Assembly (NCBI GenBank): GCA_963720755.1
Contig: CAVRGP010000013.1
Span: 128,001-192,000, forward strand
Direction: 5' to 3'
Origin: an uncultured Chloroflexia bacterium
GTDB lineage: Bacteria > Chloroflexota > Limnocylindria > Limnocylindrales > CSP1-4
DNA length: 64,000 nt
Shown here piece after piece: positions 9,259-17,930 of this stretch (position 1 is its first letter; each line of letters opens with the position of its first letter). A program made the translations under genes and the position numbers. Under the pieces are notes generated by a model, which was given only the letters and a program-made list of their open reading frames with translations, was not told the DNA's origin and did not search any database.

Positions 9259-10034
9259 GCGACCCGATCTTCAGCAAGTCCGAGATGATGATCGTCGCCG
9301 CGGCGCGCGAACTTGCCGGCCAGCACGTCTGCTTCGTCGGCGTCGGGCTTCCGAACATCGCCGTGAACCTGGCCCAGCGAACCGTGGCGCCGGACCTCGA
9401 GCTCGTCTACGAGGCCGGCGTCTTCGGGGCCCGACCGGCCCGACTGCCGCTGAGCATCGGCGACCCGACGATCGTGACCGGGGCGACGGCCGTGGTCAGC
9501 ATGCTCGAGCTGTTCGGCTACTACCTCCAGCGCGGGCTGATCGATGTCGGCTTCCTGGGTGCCGCCCAGATCGACCGGTTCGGCAACATCAACACCACGG
9601 TGATCGGACCGTACGACCACCCGAAGACCCGTCTGCCCGGCTCCGGCGGCGCCTGTGAGATCGCCATCAACGCGCGCCAGGTATTCGTCATCATGCGCCA
9701 GAGCAAGCGGAGCTTCGTCGACACGATCGACTTTCGGACGTCGCCCGGCAACCTTGGTGGTGCCGAACAGGCGGAGCGGATCCGGCGCGAAGGCGGCTGG
9801 CTGGGGCGCGGCCCGACCGTTGTCGTCACCGACCTTGGCATCTACCACTTCGGCGAGACCGGCGAGATGCGCCTCGATTCGCTCCACCCGGGCGCGACGG
9901 TCGAGCAGGTCCGCGAGACGATCGGCTGGGATATCGCGATCGCTCATGACCTGGCCGAGACCGCCGCGCCGTCCGCCGACGAACTCCGACTCATCCGCGA
10001 CGAACTCGATCCCGGCGGGGTCTACACGAAGTAG
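9255..10034 (+). CDS. Family I CoA-transferase subunit B
   Basis: FVGVGLP, LVYEAG (catalytic Glu position), GAAQIDRFGNIN, LPGSGGA; ATGA overlap with subunit A. Confidence 0.88.
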   Translation: MSDPIFSKSEMMIVAAARELAGQHVCFVGVGLPNIAVNLAQRTVAPDLELVYEAGVFGARPARLPLSIGDPTIVTGATAVVSMLELFGYYLQRGLIDVGFLGAAQIDRFGNINTTVIGPYDHPKTRLPGSGGACEIAINARQVFVIMRQSKRSFVDTIDFRTSPGNLGGAEQAERIRREGGWLGRGPTVVVTDLGIYHFGETGEMRLDSLHPGATVEQVRETIGWDIAIAHDLAETAAPSADELRLIRDELDPGGVYTK

Positions 10035-10078
10035 GCCGCCTCCGGCTGCGAGCGGGCCGACGGCGGCGTGCTCCCACC

Positions 10079-10115
10079 GGACCGAATGGTCCGGGCCTTT
10101 CAGGCCGAACGGCCG
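10079..10115. promoter_or_regulatory. Tandem DosR/DevR-like palindromes GGACC-GAAT-GGTCC and AGGCC-GAAC-GGCCG
   Basis: Upstream of the hydrogenase operon; the same core recurs at 15398-15411 and 22831-22844. Confidence 0.5.
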
Positions 10116-10168
10116 GTCCCAAGGAACAGTCCCCACCCCACTGTTAGGGGCGAAGTGAGGGGTGTCGG

Positions 10169-10651
10169 ATGTTCACGCGCGAGATGCTCGATTCTGCACT
10201 TGCCTCTGGGTGGTTCGGTGCCGGACTCCCCGGACCCGCTCGCGACCGCCTGGCCGAGTTGGCGCACCTGGGGTCGTACCCGACGGGCGAGGTCGTCATC
10301 CACGAGGGCCAACCCGTCGACTCGTTCGGCGTGGTCGTCGAGGGGCGCCTGGCGGTCCGGCTCAACGTTCCCGGCCGGAGCACCGTCACTGCCCTGACCA
10401 TCGAACCCGGCGACATCGTCGGTTGGTCAGCCCTGGTCCCGCCGCATCGGGCCACCTCCACGGTCGTCGCCCTGGAACCGACTACCGTCGTGGCCTTCGA
10501 CGGGTCATCGTTGCGTTCGGAGCTGGACGCCGATCCCGCCCTCGCCGCCGCGGTGACGTGGCGTGTGCTCGATGCCGTCGCCCGGCGCCTGGAGGCGACC
10601 AGGACGCAGTTGCTGGACCTCTTCGCCCGAGTGGAACACGAGCCGTGGTGA
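10169..10651 (+). CDS. Stand-alone cyclic nucleotide-binding (Crp-type cNMP) domain protein
   Basis: GEVVIHEG, VVEG, PGDIVGWSAL, RATSTVVA; no HTH domain evident. Confidence 0.85.
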   Translation: MFTREMLDSALASGWFGAGLPGPARDRLAELAHLGSYPTGEVVIHEGQPVDSFGVVVEGRLAVRLNVPGRSTVTALTIEPGDIVGWSALVPPHRATSTVVALEPTTVVAFDGSSLRSELDADPALAAAVTWRVLDAVARRLEATRTQLLDLFARVEHEPW

Positions 10652-12696
10652 CGACCGACCCGATCGCCGGCCACGATATCGCGCGCTGGTTGCCCACCGA
10701 CCAATTCGGCCGCCTGCTCGACGCGCTCCGGGCCGATGGCCGGACCGTGATCGGACCGACGGTCCGCGATGGGGTGATCGCCCTCGACGAGATCGTCCAC
10801 GCCGCCGATCTGCCGACCGGGCGCGGCGCGGAGACCGGTCCCGGCCGGTATCGGATGACCACCCGGGCGGACGAGCGCCGGTTCGACCACGCCGTCGGCC
10901 CGATGTCGCCGAAGCGCTGGATCTTCCCGCCCCGCGCACCGATCCGTCTCGGCCGGAAGACGCCCGCCGGGGTCCGGTTCAGCGGGATCGAACCCCAGCC
11001 CGCCCCCCTTGCGTTCGTCGGGGTGCGCGCCTGCGAGCTGGCCGCGATCGGGATCCAGGATCACGTCTTCCTGGATGGCCAGGCCATCGACGCCGACTAT
11101 CGGGCGCGTCGATCGGCGGCGTTCATCGTCGCGGTCGAGTGTGCCACCCCCACGGCGACCTGCTTCTGCACCTCGATGGGGACGGGTCCAGAGGTGACCG
11201 ATGGCTATGACGTCGCGCTGACCGAGCTCGACGGCGGGTTCGTCGTCCGGATCGGGTCGCCCGCCGGCCGGACGCTCGTCGAGGCACTCGATCTTGCTCC
11301 GGCCGATCGCTCCGCGACAGAGGCCGCCGAGGCAGCCGTCGCCGGTGCGCGACGGGCGATGGGCACACCGATGGACATGACCAACGTCCACGAGCGGCTG
11401 CAGGCCGCGCCCGAGCACCCCGGCTGGGCGGCCGTCGCCGAGCGCTGCCTGTCATGCACGAACTGCACCCTCGTCTGCCCGACCTGCTTCTGCACCAGCG
11501 TGGTCGAGAAGTCCGACCTCGACGGAACGACGTCGACCGGTGAGCGGACCTGGGACTCCTGCTTCAACGAGGGCTTCGCCAAGGTCGCCGGTGGCTCGTT
11601 CCGCCCGAATACCAAGGATCGCTACCGCCAATGGCTCACCCACAAGTTCTCGACCTGGTGGGACCAGTTCGGGTCGACCGGGTGCGTCGGCTGCGGCCGC
11701 TGCATCGCGTGGTGTCCGGTCGGGATCGATGTGCGGGAGGAGCTGAGCGTGATCGCCGGGGTCGGGCCGGTCCCGATGCCGCAGCTTGGGGTCGATGCAG
11801 GCATGACCGGGACCATCGCGATCGAGCCGCCCGTCGTTCCGTCCCCTCCGGCTGCCATCGTCCCCCGGATGTCGCGGACCCCGGCGCCCGCGGGGTTCGT
11901 CACGGTCCATGTCGAAGGGTCGACCCGCGAGACGACCGATACGGTGACCCTCCATCTGCGCACGACGGATCGGCGCCTGCTCGCCGGCAAACCGGGTCAG
12001 TTCGTCATGGCCACCCTGCCGGCATTCTCGGCCGCACCGATCTCCGTGTCCCGGTTCCGGCGCGACGGCCTGGACCTCACGATCCGGGCGGCCGGACCCG
12101 CCACCCGCGCCCTGACCGAACTGGAACGGGGAGCGACGCTGGGGTTGCGTGGGCCGCTCGGACGCGGCTGGCCGGTCGAACGGATCTCGGGACGCGACAT
12201 CGTCATCGTCGCGGGCGGGATCGGCCTGGCGCCGCTGCGGCCATTGATCGACGCCTGCCTCGCGAACCGCGAGTCGCTCGGCTGGGTGCGGCTCTACCTC
12301 GGGACGCGAACGCCGGCCGACCGGCTGTACGTGGACGAGGTCGACCGCATCGCGACCGGGACCGACATCGACTTCAGGGAGACGGTCGATCGGGCCGGGC
12401 CGGACTGGCTCGGGCGGGTCGGGATCGTGACCCAGCTGTTCGATCGGGCGACATGGGACGGGAGCAACGCCCTCGCCTTCATCTGCGGCCCGGAACGGAT
12501 GATGCAGGCCACGGCCGATGCCCTGTTCGACCACGGCCTGACCCCGGACCGAACGTGGGTCACGCTCGAACGGAACATGAGTTGCGGCGTCGGACTGTGC
12601 GGGCATTGCCAGCTCGGCCGGTCGTTCGTGTGCGAGGACGGCCCCGTCTTCGACCTGGCCGAGCTCGGATCTGCCTTCTCCACCGAGGGTCTGTGA
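10648..12696 (+). CDS. Group 3b [NiFe] sulfhydrogenase beta-gamma fusion (4Fe-4S dicluster plus FAD/NAD(P)-binding 2Fe-2S)
   Basis: GVRACE, CFCTSMG, CLSCTNCTLVCPTCFC, GCVGCGRCIAWCP; then GQF, GPLGRG, GGIGLAP, ICGP, MSCGVGLCGHC, VCEDGP. Confidence 0.88.
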   Translation: MTTDPIAGHDIARWLPTDQFGRLLDALRADGRTVIGPTVRDGVIALDEIVHAADLPTGRGAETGPGRYRMTTRADERRFDHAVGPMSPKRWIFPPRAPIRLGRKTPAGVRFSGIEPQPAPLAFVGVRACELAAIGIQDHVFLDGQAIDADYRARRSAAFIVAVECATPTATCFCTSMGTGPEVTDGYDVALTELDGGFVVRIGSPAGRTLVEALDLAPADRSATEAAEAAVAGARRAMGTPMDMTNVHERLQAAPEHPGWAAVAERCLSCTNCTLVCPTCFCTSVVEKSDLDGTTSTGERTWDSCFNEGFAKVAGGSFRPNTKDRYRQWLTHKFSTWWDQFGSTGCVGCGRCIAWCPVGIDVREELSVIAGVGPVPMPQLGVDAGMTGTIAIEPPVVPSPPAAIVPRMSRTPAPAGFVTVHVEGSTRETTDTVTLHLRTTDRRLLAGKPGQFVMATLPAFSAAPISVSRFRRDGLDLTIRAAGPATRALTELERGATLGLRGPLGRGWPVERISGRDIVIVAGGIGLAPLRPLIDACLANRESLGWVRLYLGTRTPADRLYVDEVDRIATGTDIDFRETVDRAGPDWLGRVGIVTQLFDRATWDGSNALAFICGPERMMQATADALFDHGLTPDRTWVTLERNMSCGVGLCGHCQLGRSFVCEDGPVFDLAELGSAFSTEGL

Positions 12697-13550
12697 TGCC
12701 GTCCGCCACTCGTCGCTCCGCTCCACACCGGCCGCGTGTCGGCGTCGTCAAGTTCGCTTCGTGCGACGGGTGTCAGCTGACCCTGCTCGATCTCGAAGAC
12801 GAGCTGCTGCTCATCGCCGAACGGTTCGATATCGTCGAGTTCCCGGAGGCGACCTCGCGGCGGTCTGCCGGTCCGTTCGACGTCCTCCTCGTCGAGGGTT
12901 CCATCAGCAGCGAGGAGCAACTCGAGGAATTGCTCCGGCTCCGCCGCGAGACGACGACCCTCGTGACCATCGGCGCCTGTGCGACCGCTGGCGGGATCCA
13001 GGCGATCCGCAACTGGTCGGAGCATGGGCCATGGGCCGCTGCGGTCTACCCGCGACCCGAACTCGTGCCATCGCTCGCGACCGCAACGCCCGTCGCCGAT
13101 CATGTCGTGGTCGACGCTGAGCTGCGTGGCTGCCCGATCGATCCGGGCCAGCTCCTGGAACTGTTGACGGCTCTCGTGGTCGGCCGCCGGCCACAACTGC
13201 CGGACGAATCGGTCTGTGCGGAGTGCAAGCGGCGGGGCGCGACGTGTGTCGTCGTCGCCGACGGCGTCGCCTGTCTCGGCCCGGTGACGCGAACGGGTTG
13301 TGGCGCCCTGTGCCCCACCTTCGGGCGCGGCTGCTACGGCTGCTTCGGGCCACGCGGAAACGCCAACGTCACGAGCCTGGTCGCCAACGCCGCCGGGTTC
13401 GATGAGTCGACGGCGAGCGCGAAGTTCGCCGGTTTCACGGCCTGGGCGGAACCATTCCGCTCGGTCATCGACCGCCACGGCGGCCCACCCGGCGCGACCC
13501 CGGCCGCCCCGCCCGACCCGGCCAAGCCGACCGGAGGAGATATCCGATGA
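12696..13550 (+). CDS. Group 3b [NiFe] hydrogenase small (delta) subunit
   Basis: SCDGCQ, VEGS, GACATAGG, GCP, VCAECK, CLGPVT, GCGALCP, GCYGCFG. Confidence 0.92.
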   Translation: MPSATRRSAPHRPRVGVVKFASCDGCQLTLLDLEDELLLIAERFDIVEFPEATSRRSAGPFDVLLVEGSISSEEQLEELLRLRRETTTLVTIGACATAGGIQAIRNWSEHGPWAAAVYPRPELVPSLATATPVADHVVVDAELRGCPIDPGQLLELLTALVVGRRPQLPDESVCAECKRRGATCVVVADGVACLGPVTRTGCGALCPTFGRGCYGCFGPRGNANVTSLVANAAGFDESTASAKFAGFTAWAEPFRSVIDRHGGPPGATPAAPPDPAKPTGGDIR

Positions 13551-14869
13551 CCGAGACCACGACCCGCCGACGCAGCCGGACCCAGCGTTTCGAGGTGGAG
13601 GGTCTGACCCGGGTCGAAGGCGAGGGATCGCTGAGCCTTGTCGTCCGCGACGGCGACGTCATCGAAGCGCGGCTGGGGATCTTCGAGGCGCCTCGCTACT
13701 TCGAACGTCTGGTCCGCGGCCGGACCCCCGACGAAGTGCTCGACATCGTCGCTCGGATCTGTGGCATCTGCCCAGTGGCCTACCAGATGAGTGCGGTCCA
13801 TGCCTTCGAGGACGCCGCCGGGATCGCCATCGATCCAGCGGTCCGGGCGCTCCGCCGCCTGCTCTATTGCGGCGAGTGGATCGAGAGTCATGCCCTCCAC
13901 GTGTATTTCCTCCACGCCCCGGATTTCATGGGCTACGCCAGCGCGATCGAACTGGCCCGCGACCACCGGGTCCTGGTGGAGCGAGCGCTGGCGCTCAAGA
14001 AGGCCGGGAACCACCTCGTCGCCCTCGTCGGAGGTCGGCCGATCCACCCAGTGAGCGTCCGGGTCGGCGGTTTCTACCACGTGCCGACCAGGTCCGCCTT
14101 GACCGCGCTCCGTCCGGAATTGACGGCTGCGCTCGATATCGCCCTGGAGACGGTTGCGGTGGTCACGACGCTGACGCCACCCGAGTTCGTTCGGGATCCG
14201 CGTCTCGTGTCGCTCCGTCATCCGACCGATTACCCGATGAACGAGGGCCGGATCGTGTCCACGGATGGCCTCGACATCGCGCCGACCGACTGGGAGACCG
14301 CCTTCGAGGAGGACCAGGTCGGCTGGTCGAACGCGCTCCAGGCCCGGACCCACGCCGGTGAGGTGTACCTCCTGGGCCCGTCGGCCCGGATCACCCTGGC
14401 CGCCGACCGTCTCCATCCACTGGCGGCCGAGGCCCTTGCCCATTCCGGTCTCGCCGAAGAGATCCGGCGAAACCCGTTCCGAAGCATCGTCGCGCGGGCG
14501 ATCGAGCTCGTTCACGCGACGGCCGAAGCGCTCGACCTGATCGCCGACTACCGCCCGCCGGAGCGGCCGGCCGCTCCGTGGACCCCGGGGCCAGGTGTCG
14601 CGGCATGGGCGACCGAAGCGCCGCGCGGGCTCCTGTTCCATCGCTACGAACTCGACGAGCAGGGACGGGTGGCCACCGCCAGGATCGTCCCCCCGACGAG
14701 CCAGAACCAGGCCGCCATCGAGGCGGACCTGACCGACTTCGCACCGTCCGTCCTGGATCTGCCGCATGACCAGGCGATCCATCGCTTCGAGCAGCTCATC
14801 CGCAGCTACGACCCGTGCATCTCGTGCGCGACGCACTTCCTCGATCTGCGCGTGGACCGACAGACGTGA
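13547..14869 (+). CDS. Group 3b [NiFe] hydrogenase large (alpha) subunit
   Basis: RVEGEG, L1 RICGICPVAY, EAPRG, L2 DPCISCATH plus a short cleavable C-terminal extension. Confidence 0.95.
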   Translation: MTETTTRRRSRTQRFEVEGLTRVEGEGSLSLVVRDGDVIEARLGIFEAPRYFERLVRGRTPDEVLDIVARICGICPVAYQMSAVHAFEDAAGIAIDPAVRALRRLLYCGEWIESHALHVYFLHAPDFMGYASAIELARDHRVLVERALALKKAGNHLVALVGGRPIHPVSVRVGGFYHVPTRSALTALRPELTAALDIALETVAVVTTLTPPEFVRDPRLVSLRHPTDYPMNEGRIVSTDGLDIAPTDWETAFEEDQVGWSNALQARTHAGEVYLLGPSARITLAADRLHPLAAEALAHSGLAEEIRRNPFRSIVARAIELVHATAEALDLIADYRPPERPAAPWTPGPGVAAWATEAPRGLLFHRYELDEQGRVATARIVPPTSQNQAAIEADLTDFAPSVLDLPHDQAIHRFEQLIRSYDPCISCATHFLDLRVDRQT

Positions 14870-17484
14870 ACGGCCCGCGGCGGGTCCGGTTGCTGGTCTG
14901 CGGCAACGGCGAGCGCGGCGACGACGGCGCTGCCCTTGCGGCCGTCGCGGGCCTGCTTGGCGACCTTCCGGCGGACCTGCTGGCCGTTCTCGAGGTGCGA
15001 CGCTGCGAGGGCCTCCAGCTCGAGGACTTGCTCGACCTGCCGGACGGGATGGCCTGCGTCATCGTGGACGCCGCTCTTGGTCTGGCCCCTGGCACGATCG
15101 CGACGATCCCGCTCGAGGATCTCCCGGACCGTGACGCGGCGTTCGGGCCCGTCCCGCGATCGTCACATGTGCTGCCGATCGGCCAGCTTGTCGCCATCGC
15201 CGCCGTCATGCGCGGTCCGGTCGATGGGACGTTCGTCGCGATCGGCGGGCGTTCGTTCGGGTTCGGTCGAGGTCTGGGTCGCTCGGTCCGTGCCGGATTG
15301 CCGGCCTATCGCGCCGCCATCGAGGCTGCCCTCGTCGACGCAGCCGGAGTGACCGCGATCGGACCGCCGGACGAGCCGGGCCCGACTCGGTCGGCCTATG
15401 CCGAACGGCCCGCGCCTTTGGTCGCCTTGCCCCTGCCCGATGGCACCCCCGAGCCCCACGCTGGAGCCATGATGATCGAGCAGCCCGCGCCCCGATACCC
15501 GGGTCTGCCTGCCATCGTCGATGGCTCGGAGGCGATCGCCCACGTCGAGACGCGCATCGCCGAAGTGGCCTGCGTCTATCCGATCACCCCGTCCACCACG
15601 ATGGCCGCCCTGTTCCAGGAGGCGGTCGCTTCCGGCCGGACGAACCTGTGGGGGACGCCGCTCCGGTTCGTCGAGCCCGAGTCCGAGCATTCCTCGGCAT
15701 CGGCGGCCGAAGGTGCCGCCCTGGCCGGCGGCCGGGTGACCAACTTCACCGCGGGGCAGGGGCTGGTCCTGATGAAGGAGGTCCTGTACGTCATCAGCGG
15801 CAAGCGCTTGCCGGCGGTCTTCCATGTCGGTGCCCGCGCGCTGACCAGCCAGGCACTCAACATCCATGCTGGGCACGACGACGTCATGGCGGTCGCGGAC
15901 ACGGGCTGGGGCATCCTGTTCGCCCGGAACCCACAGGAGGCGGCCGACCTCACCGCCATCGCTCGACGGGTCGCCGAGGCAACGGACACGCCGTTCATGG
16001 TCGCCCAGGACGGCTTCCTGACGACCCACACCCTCGAGAACGTCCGGTTGCCCGAGGATGAGCTGCTGCGGGAATTCGTGGGCGACCCCGCTGACCGGAT
16101 CCGCGACCTGTTCGATCCGGCCGAGGCGCTGATGACCGGTGTCGTCCAGAACCAGGACAGCTACATGAAGGGGCGGATCGGACAGCGCGCCTACACGGAT
16201 CGGATCCCGTCTGTGCTGACCGAGGCGATGGCCGAATGGACCCAGCTGACGGGTCGTCGGGTCGGGCTCGTCGACGCGTACCGGTGCACCGACGCGACCG
16301 AGATCCTCGTTTCGATGGGAACGATGGCCGACACCTCGATCGCGGTCGTCGATCATCTCCGCGACCAGGGCCGCCCGGTCGGCTGCGTCGCGGTCACCAG
16401 CTTCCGGCCCTTCCCGGTCGACGAACTTGCCGTCGTCCTCCGGCGGGCGCGGGCAGTCGGGGTCGTCGAGCGGACGGATGACCCGTTGGCGGCCGCCAAC
16501 CCACTGACCCGCGAGATCCGCTCGGCCCTGTACGACGCCGCGGCCGAGGGGGTCATGGTCCCGCGGGTGCTCTCCTTCTCGGCCGGCCTGGGCTCGCGGG
16601 ACGTCGGCCCGGGCGATCTGGTGGCCGCCTTCGACCACCTGGCCGTCCACGGCGAACCGCAGATGCGGCACGCCGTCCTGGGCATCCATCATCCGCTCGC
16701 GCTCGAGCGTGTCCCCGCGGATCTCCGACCGGCCGGCTCGTGGTCGCTTCGGGGCCATTCGATCGGCGGTTTCGGCTCGGTCACGACCAACAAGCTCGTG
16801 GCCACCCTGGCCGGTGAGGTGTTCGACAAGTACGTCCAGGCCTATCCGCGCTACGGATCCGAGAAGAAGGGTCTGCCCACCACCTACTACCTGACCGTCG
16901 CGGACGCCCCGATCCGGCTGCATTCCGAGCTCGACCAGGTCGAATTCGTGCCCTTGCACGACGTCGCCGCCTTCGCCCTCGGCGATCCGTTGGCCGGGCT
17001 GTCCGACGGCGGGACCATCTTCCTGCAGTCACCGGCCGCGGACCCGGAAGCGATCTGGGGATCGATCCCGGCCGCCGCCCGGGCCGAAGTGATCGCCCGG
17101 CGGATCCGAGTGACCGCTCTCGACACCGCTGCCCTTGCCGCCGCACATGCCCCGACACCCGACCTCCTGATCCGGATGCAGGGCGTGGCCCTGGTTGGGG
17201 TGTTCCTGCGGGTCGCCCCCTTCGCCGAACGTGCCGGGATGGACCGCGAAACGCTCCTGGCGGCGGTGCGGGATCGCCTCGGACGGTTCTTCGGCAAGCG
17301 CGGCGGCACCGTCGTGGACGCCAACCTTGCGGTCATCTCAGCCGCCTACGACGGGCTCATCGATGTCACCGCGGCGATCCATGGGTCGACTGCCGCCACT
17401 CCGGTGGATGTCACCCCCACGGTCGACACCACCACGACGGCCGATGCCGCCGCCGCAACCGAACCGGAAGGAGCCGTCCGATGA
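14866..17484 (+). CDS. In-frame ORF joining a hydrogenase maturation protease (N-terminal ~160 aa) to PFOR domains I-III
   Basis: GNGERGDDG, IVDA, SSH (protease); no in-frame stop before the PFOR sequence; GTGA overlap with the alpha subunit. Confidence 0.7.
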   Translation: MNGPRRVRLLVCGNGERGDDGAALAAVAGLLGDLPADLLAVLEVRRCEGLQLEDLLDLPDGMACVIVDAALGLAPGTIATIPLEDLPDRDAAFGPVPRSSHVLPIGQLVAIAAVMRGPVDGTFVAIGGRSFGFGRGLGRSVRAGLPAYRAAIEAALVDAAGVTAIGPPDEPGPTRSAYAERPAPLVALPLPDGTPEPHAGAMMIEQPAPRYPGLPAIVDGSEAIAHVETRIAEVACVYPITPSTTMAALFQEAVASGRTNLWGTPLRFVEPESEHSSASAAEGAALAGGRVTNFTAGQGLVLMKEVLYVISGKRLPAVFHVGARALTSQALNIHAGHDDVMAVADTGWGILFARNPQEAADLTAIARRVAEATDTPFMVAQDGFLTTHTLENVRLPEDELLREFVGDPADRIRDLFDPAEALMTGVVQNQDSYMKGRIGQRAYTDRIPSVLTEAMAEWTQLTGRRVGLVDAYRCTDATEILVSMGTMADTSIAVVDHLRDQGRPVGCVAVTSFRPFPVDELAVVLRRARAVGVVERTDDPLAAANPLTREIRSALYDAAAEGVMVPRVLSFSAGLGSRDVGPGDLVAAFDHLAVHGEPQMRHAVLGIHHPLALERVPADLRPAGSWSLRGHSIGGFGSVTTNKLVATLAGEVFDKYVQAYPRYGSEKKGLPTTYYLTVADAPIRLHSELDQVEFVPLHDVAAFALGDPLAGLSDGGTIFLQSPAADPEAIWGSIPAAARAEVIARRIRVTALDTAALAAAHAPTPDLLIRMQGVALVGVFLRVAPFAERAGMDRETLLAAVRDRLGRFFGKRGGTVVDANLAVISAAYDGLIDVTAAIHGSTAATPVDVTPTVDTTTTADAAAATEPEGAVR
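15472..17484 (+). CDS. Pyruvate/2-oxoacid:ferredoxin oxidoreductase, N-terminal half (alpha plus gamma-type domains), probable internal start
   Basis: YPITPST, ESEHS, ARALTSQALNIH, DGFLTTH, GGFGSVT, YGSEKKG; GGAG at 15463-15466 before ATGATG. Confidence 0.85.
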   Translation: MIEQPAPRYPGLPAIVDGSEAIAHVETRIAEVACVYPITPSTTMAALFQEAVASGRTNLWGTPLRFVEPESEHSSASAAEGAALAGGRVTNFTAGQGLVLMKEVLYVISGKRLPAVFHVGARALTSQALNIHAGHDDVMAVADTGWGILFARNPQEAADLTAIARRVAEATDTPFMVAQDGFLTTHTLENVRLPEDELLREFVGDPADRIRDLFDPAEALMTGVVQNQDSYMKGRIGQRAYTDRIPSVLTEAMAEWTQLTGRRVGLVDAYRCTDATEILVSMGTMADTSIAVVDHLRDQGRPVGCVAVTSFRPFPVDELAVVLRRARAVGVVERTDDPLAAANPLTREIRSALYDAAAEGVMVPRVLSFSAGLGSRDVGPGDLVAAFDHLAVHGEPQMRHAVLGIHHPLALERVPADLRPAGSWSLRGHSIGGFGSVTTNKLVATLAGEVFDKYVQAYPRYGSEKKGLPTTYYLTVADAPIRLHSELDQVEFVPLHDVAAFALGDPLAGLSDGGTIFLQSPAADPEAIWGSIPAAARAEVIARRIRVTALDTAALAAAHAPTPDLLIRMQGVALVGVFLRVAPFAERAGMDRETLLAAVRDRLGRFFGKRGGTVVDANLAVISAAYDGLIDVTAAIHGSTAATPVDVTPTVDTTTTADAAAATEPEGAVR

Positions 17485-17930
17485 CTACCACTTCCCGGGC
17501 GACGACCGTCGCCGACGTCATGATCCTGGACCTCGTGGTCGTTCGAGCCAATGCCCCGCTCGACCAGGCCGCAGAAATGATGGACCGCCACCGTATCAGC
17601 GGCCTGCCGGTCGTCGATTCGGCCGGGGCGCTCGTTGGCGTCCTCAGCCAGGCGGACCTCGTCCGGGCGCGCTCGACCGAGTACCTGTGGGCCAACTGGC
17701 CGGGCCTGGCGGTCCGCCACCTGATGACGACGCCGCCGATCACCGTCCGGCGATCCACCCCGCTGTCCGTGGCCGCCGCTCGCATGGAACGTCATCACAT
17801 CCATCGGCTCGTCGTGGTCGCGGACGACGACGAGACGCTCCCGATCGGGATCCTGTCGACCACCGACCTTGTCCACGATATGGCCAAGGTCGCACGCGAT
17901 GCGCGGCACGGAGGGCCCGATGCCCGATAG
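17481..17930 (+). CDS. CBS-pair (Bateman) domain protein
   Basis: VADVM, ISGLPVVD, GVLSQADL, LMTTPP, GILSTTDL. Confidence 0.88.
   Translation: MTTTSRATTVADVMILDLVVVRANAPLDQAAEMMDRHRISGLPVVDSAGALVGVLSQADLVRARSTEYLWANWPGLAVRHLMTTPPITVRRSTPLSVAAARMERHHIHRLVVVADDDETLPIGILSTTDLVHDMAKVARDARHGGPDAR

Noticed and set aside
13547-14869. Selenocysteine ([NiFeSe]) recoding in the hydrogenase
   Set aside because: All four Ni-ligating positions are ordinary Cys codons and there is no in-frame TGA
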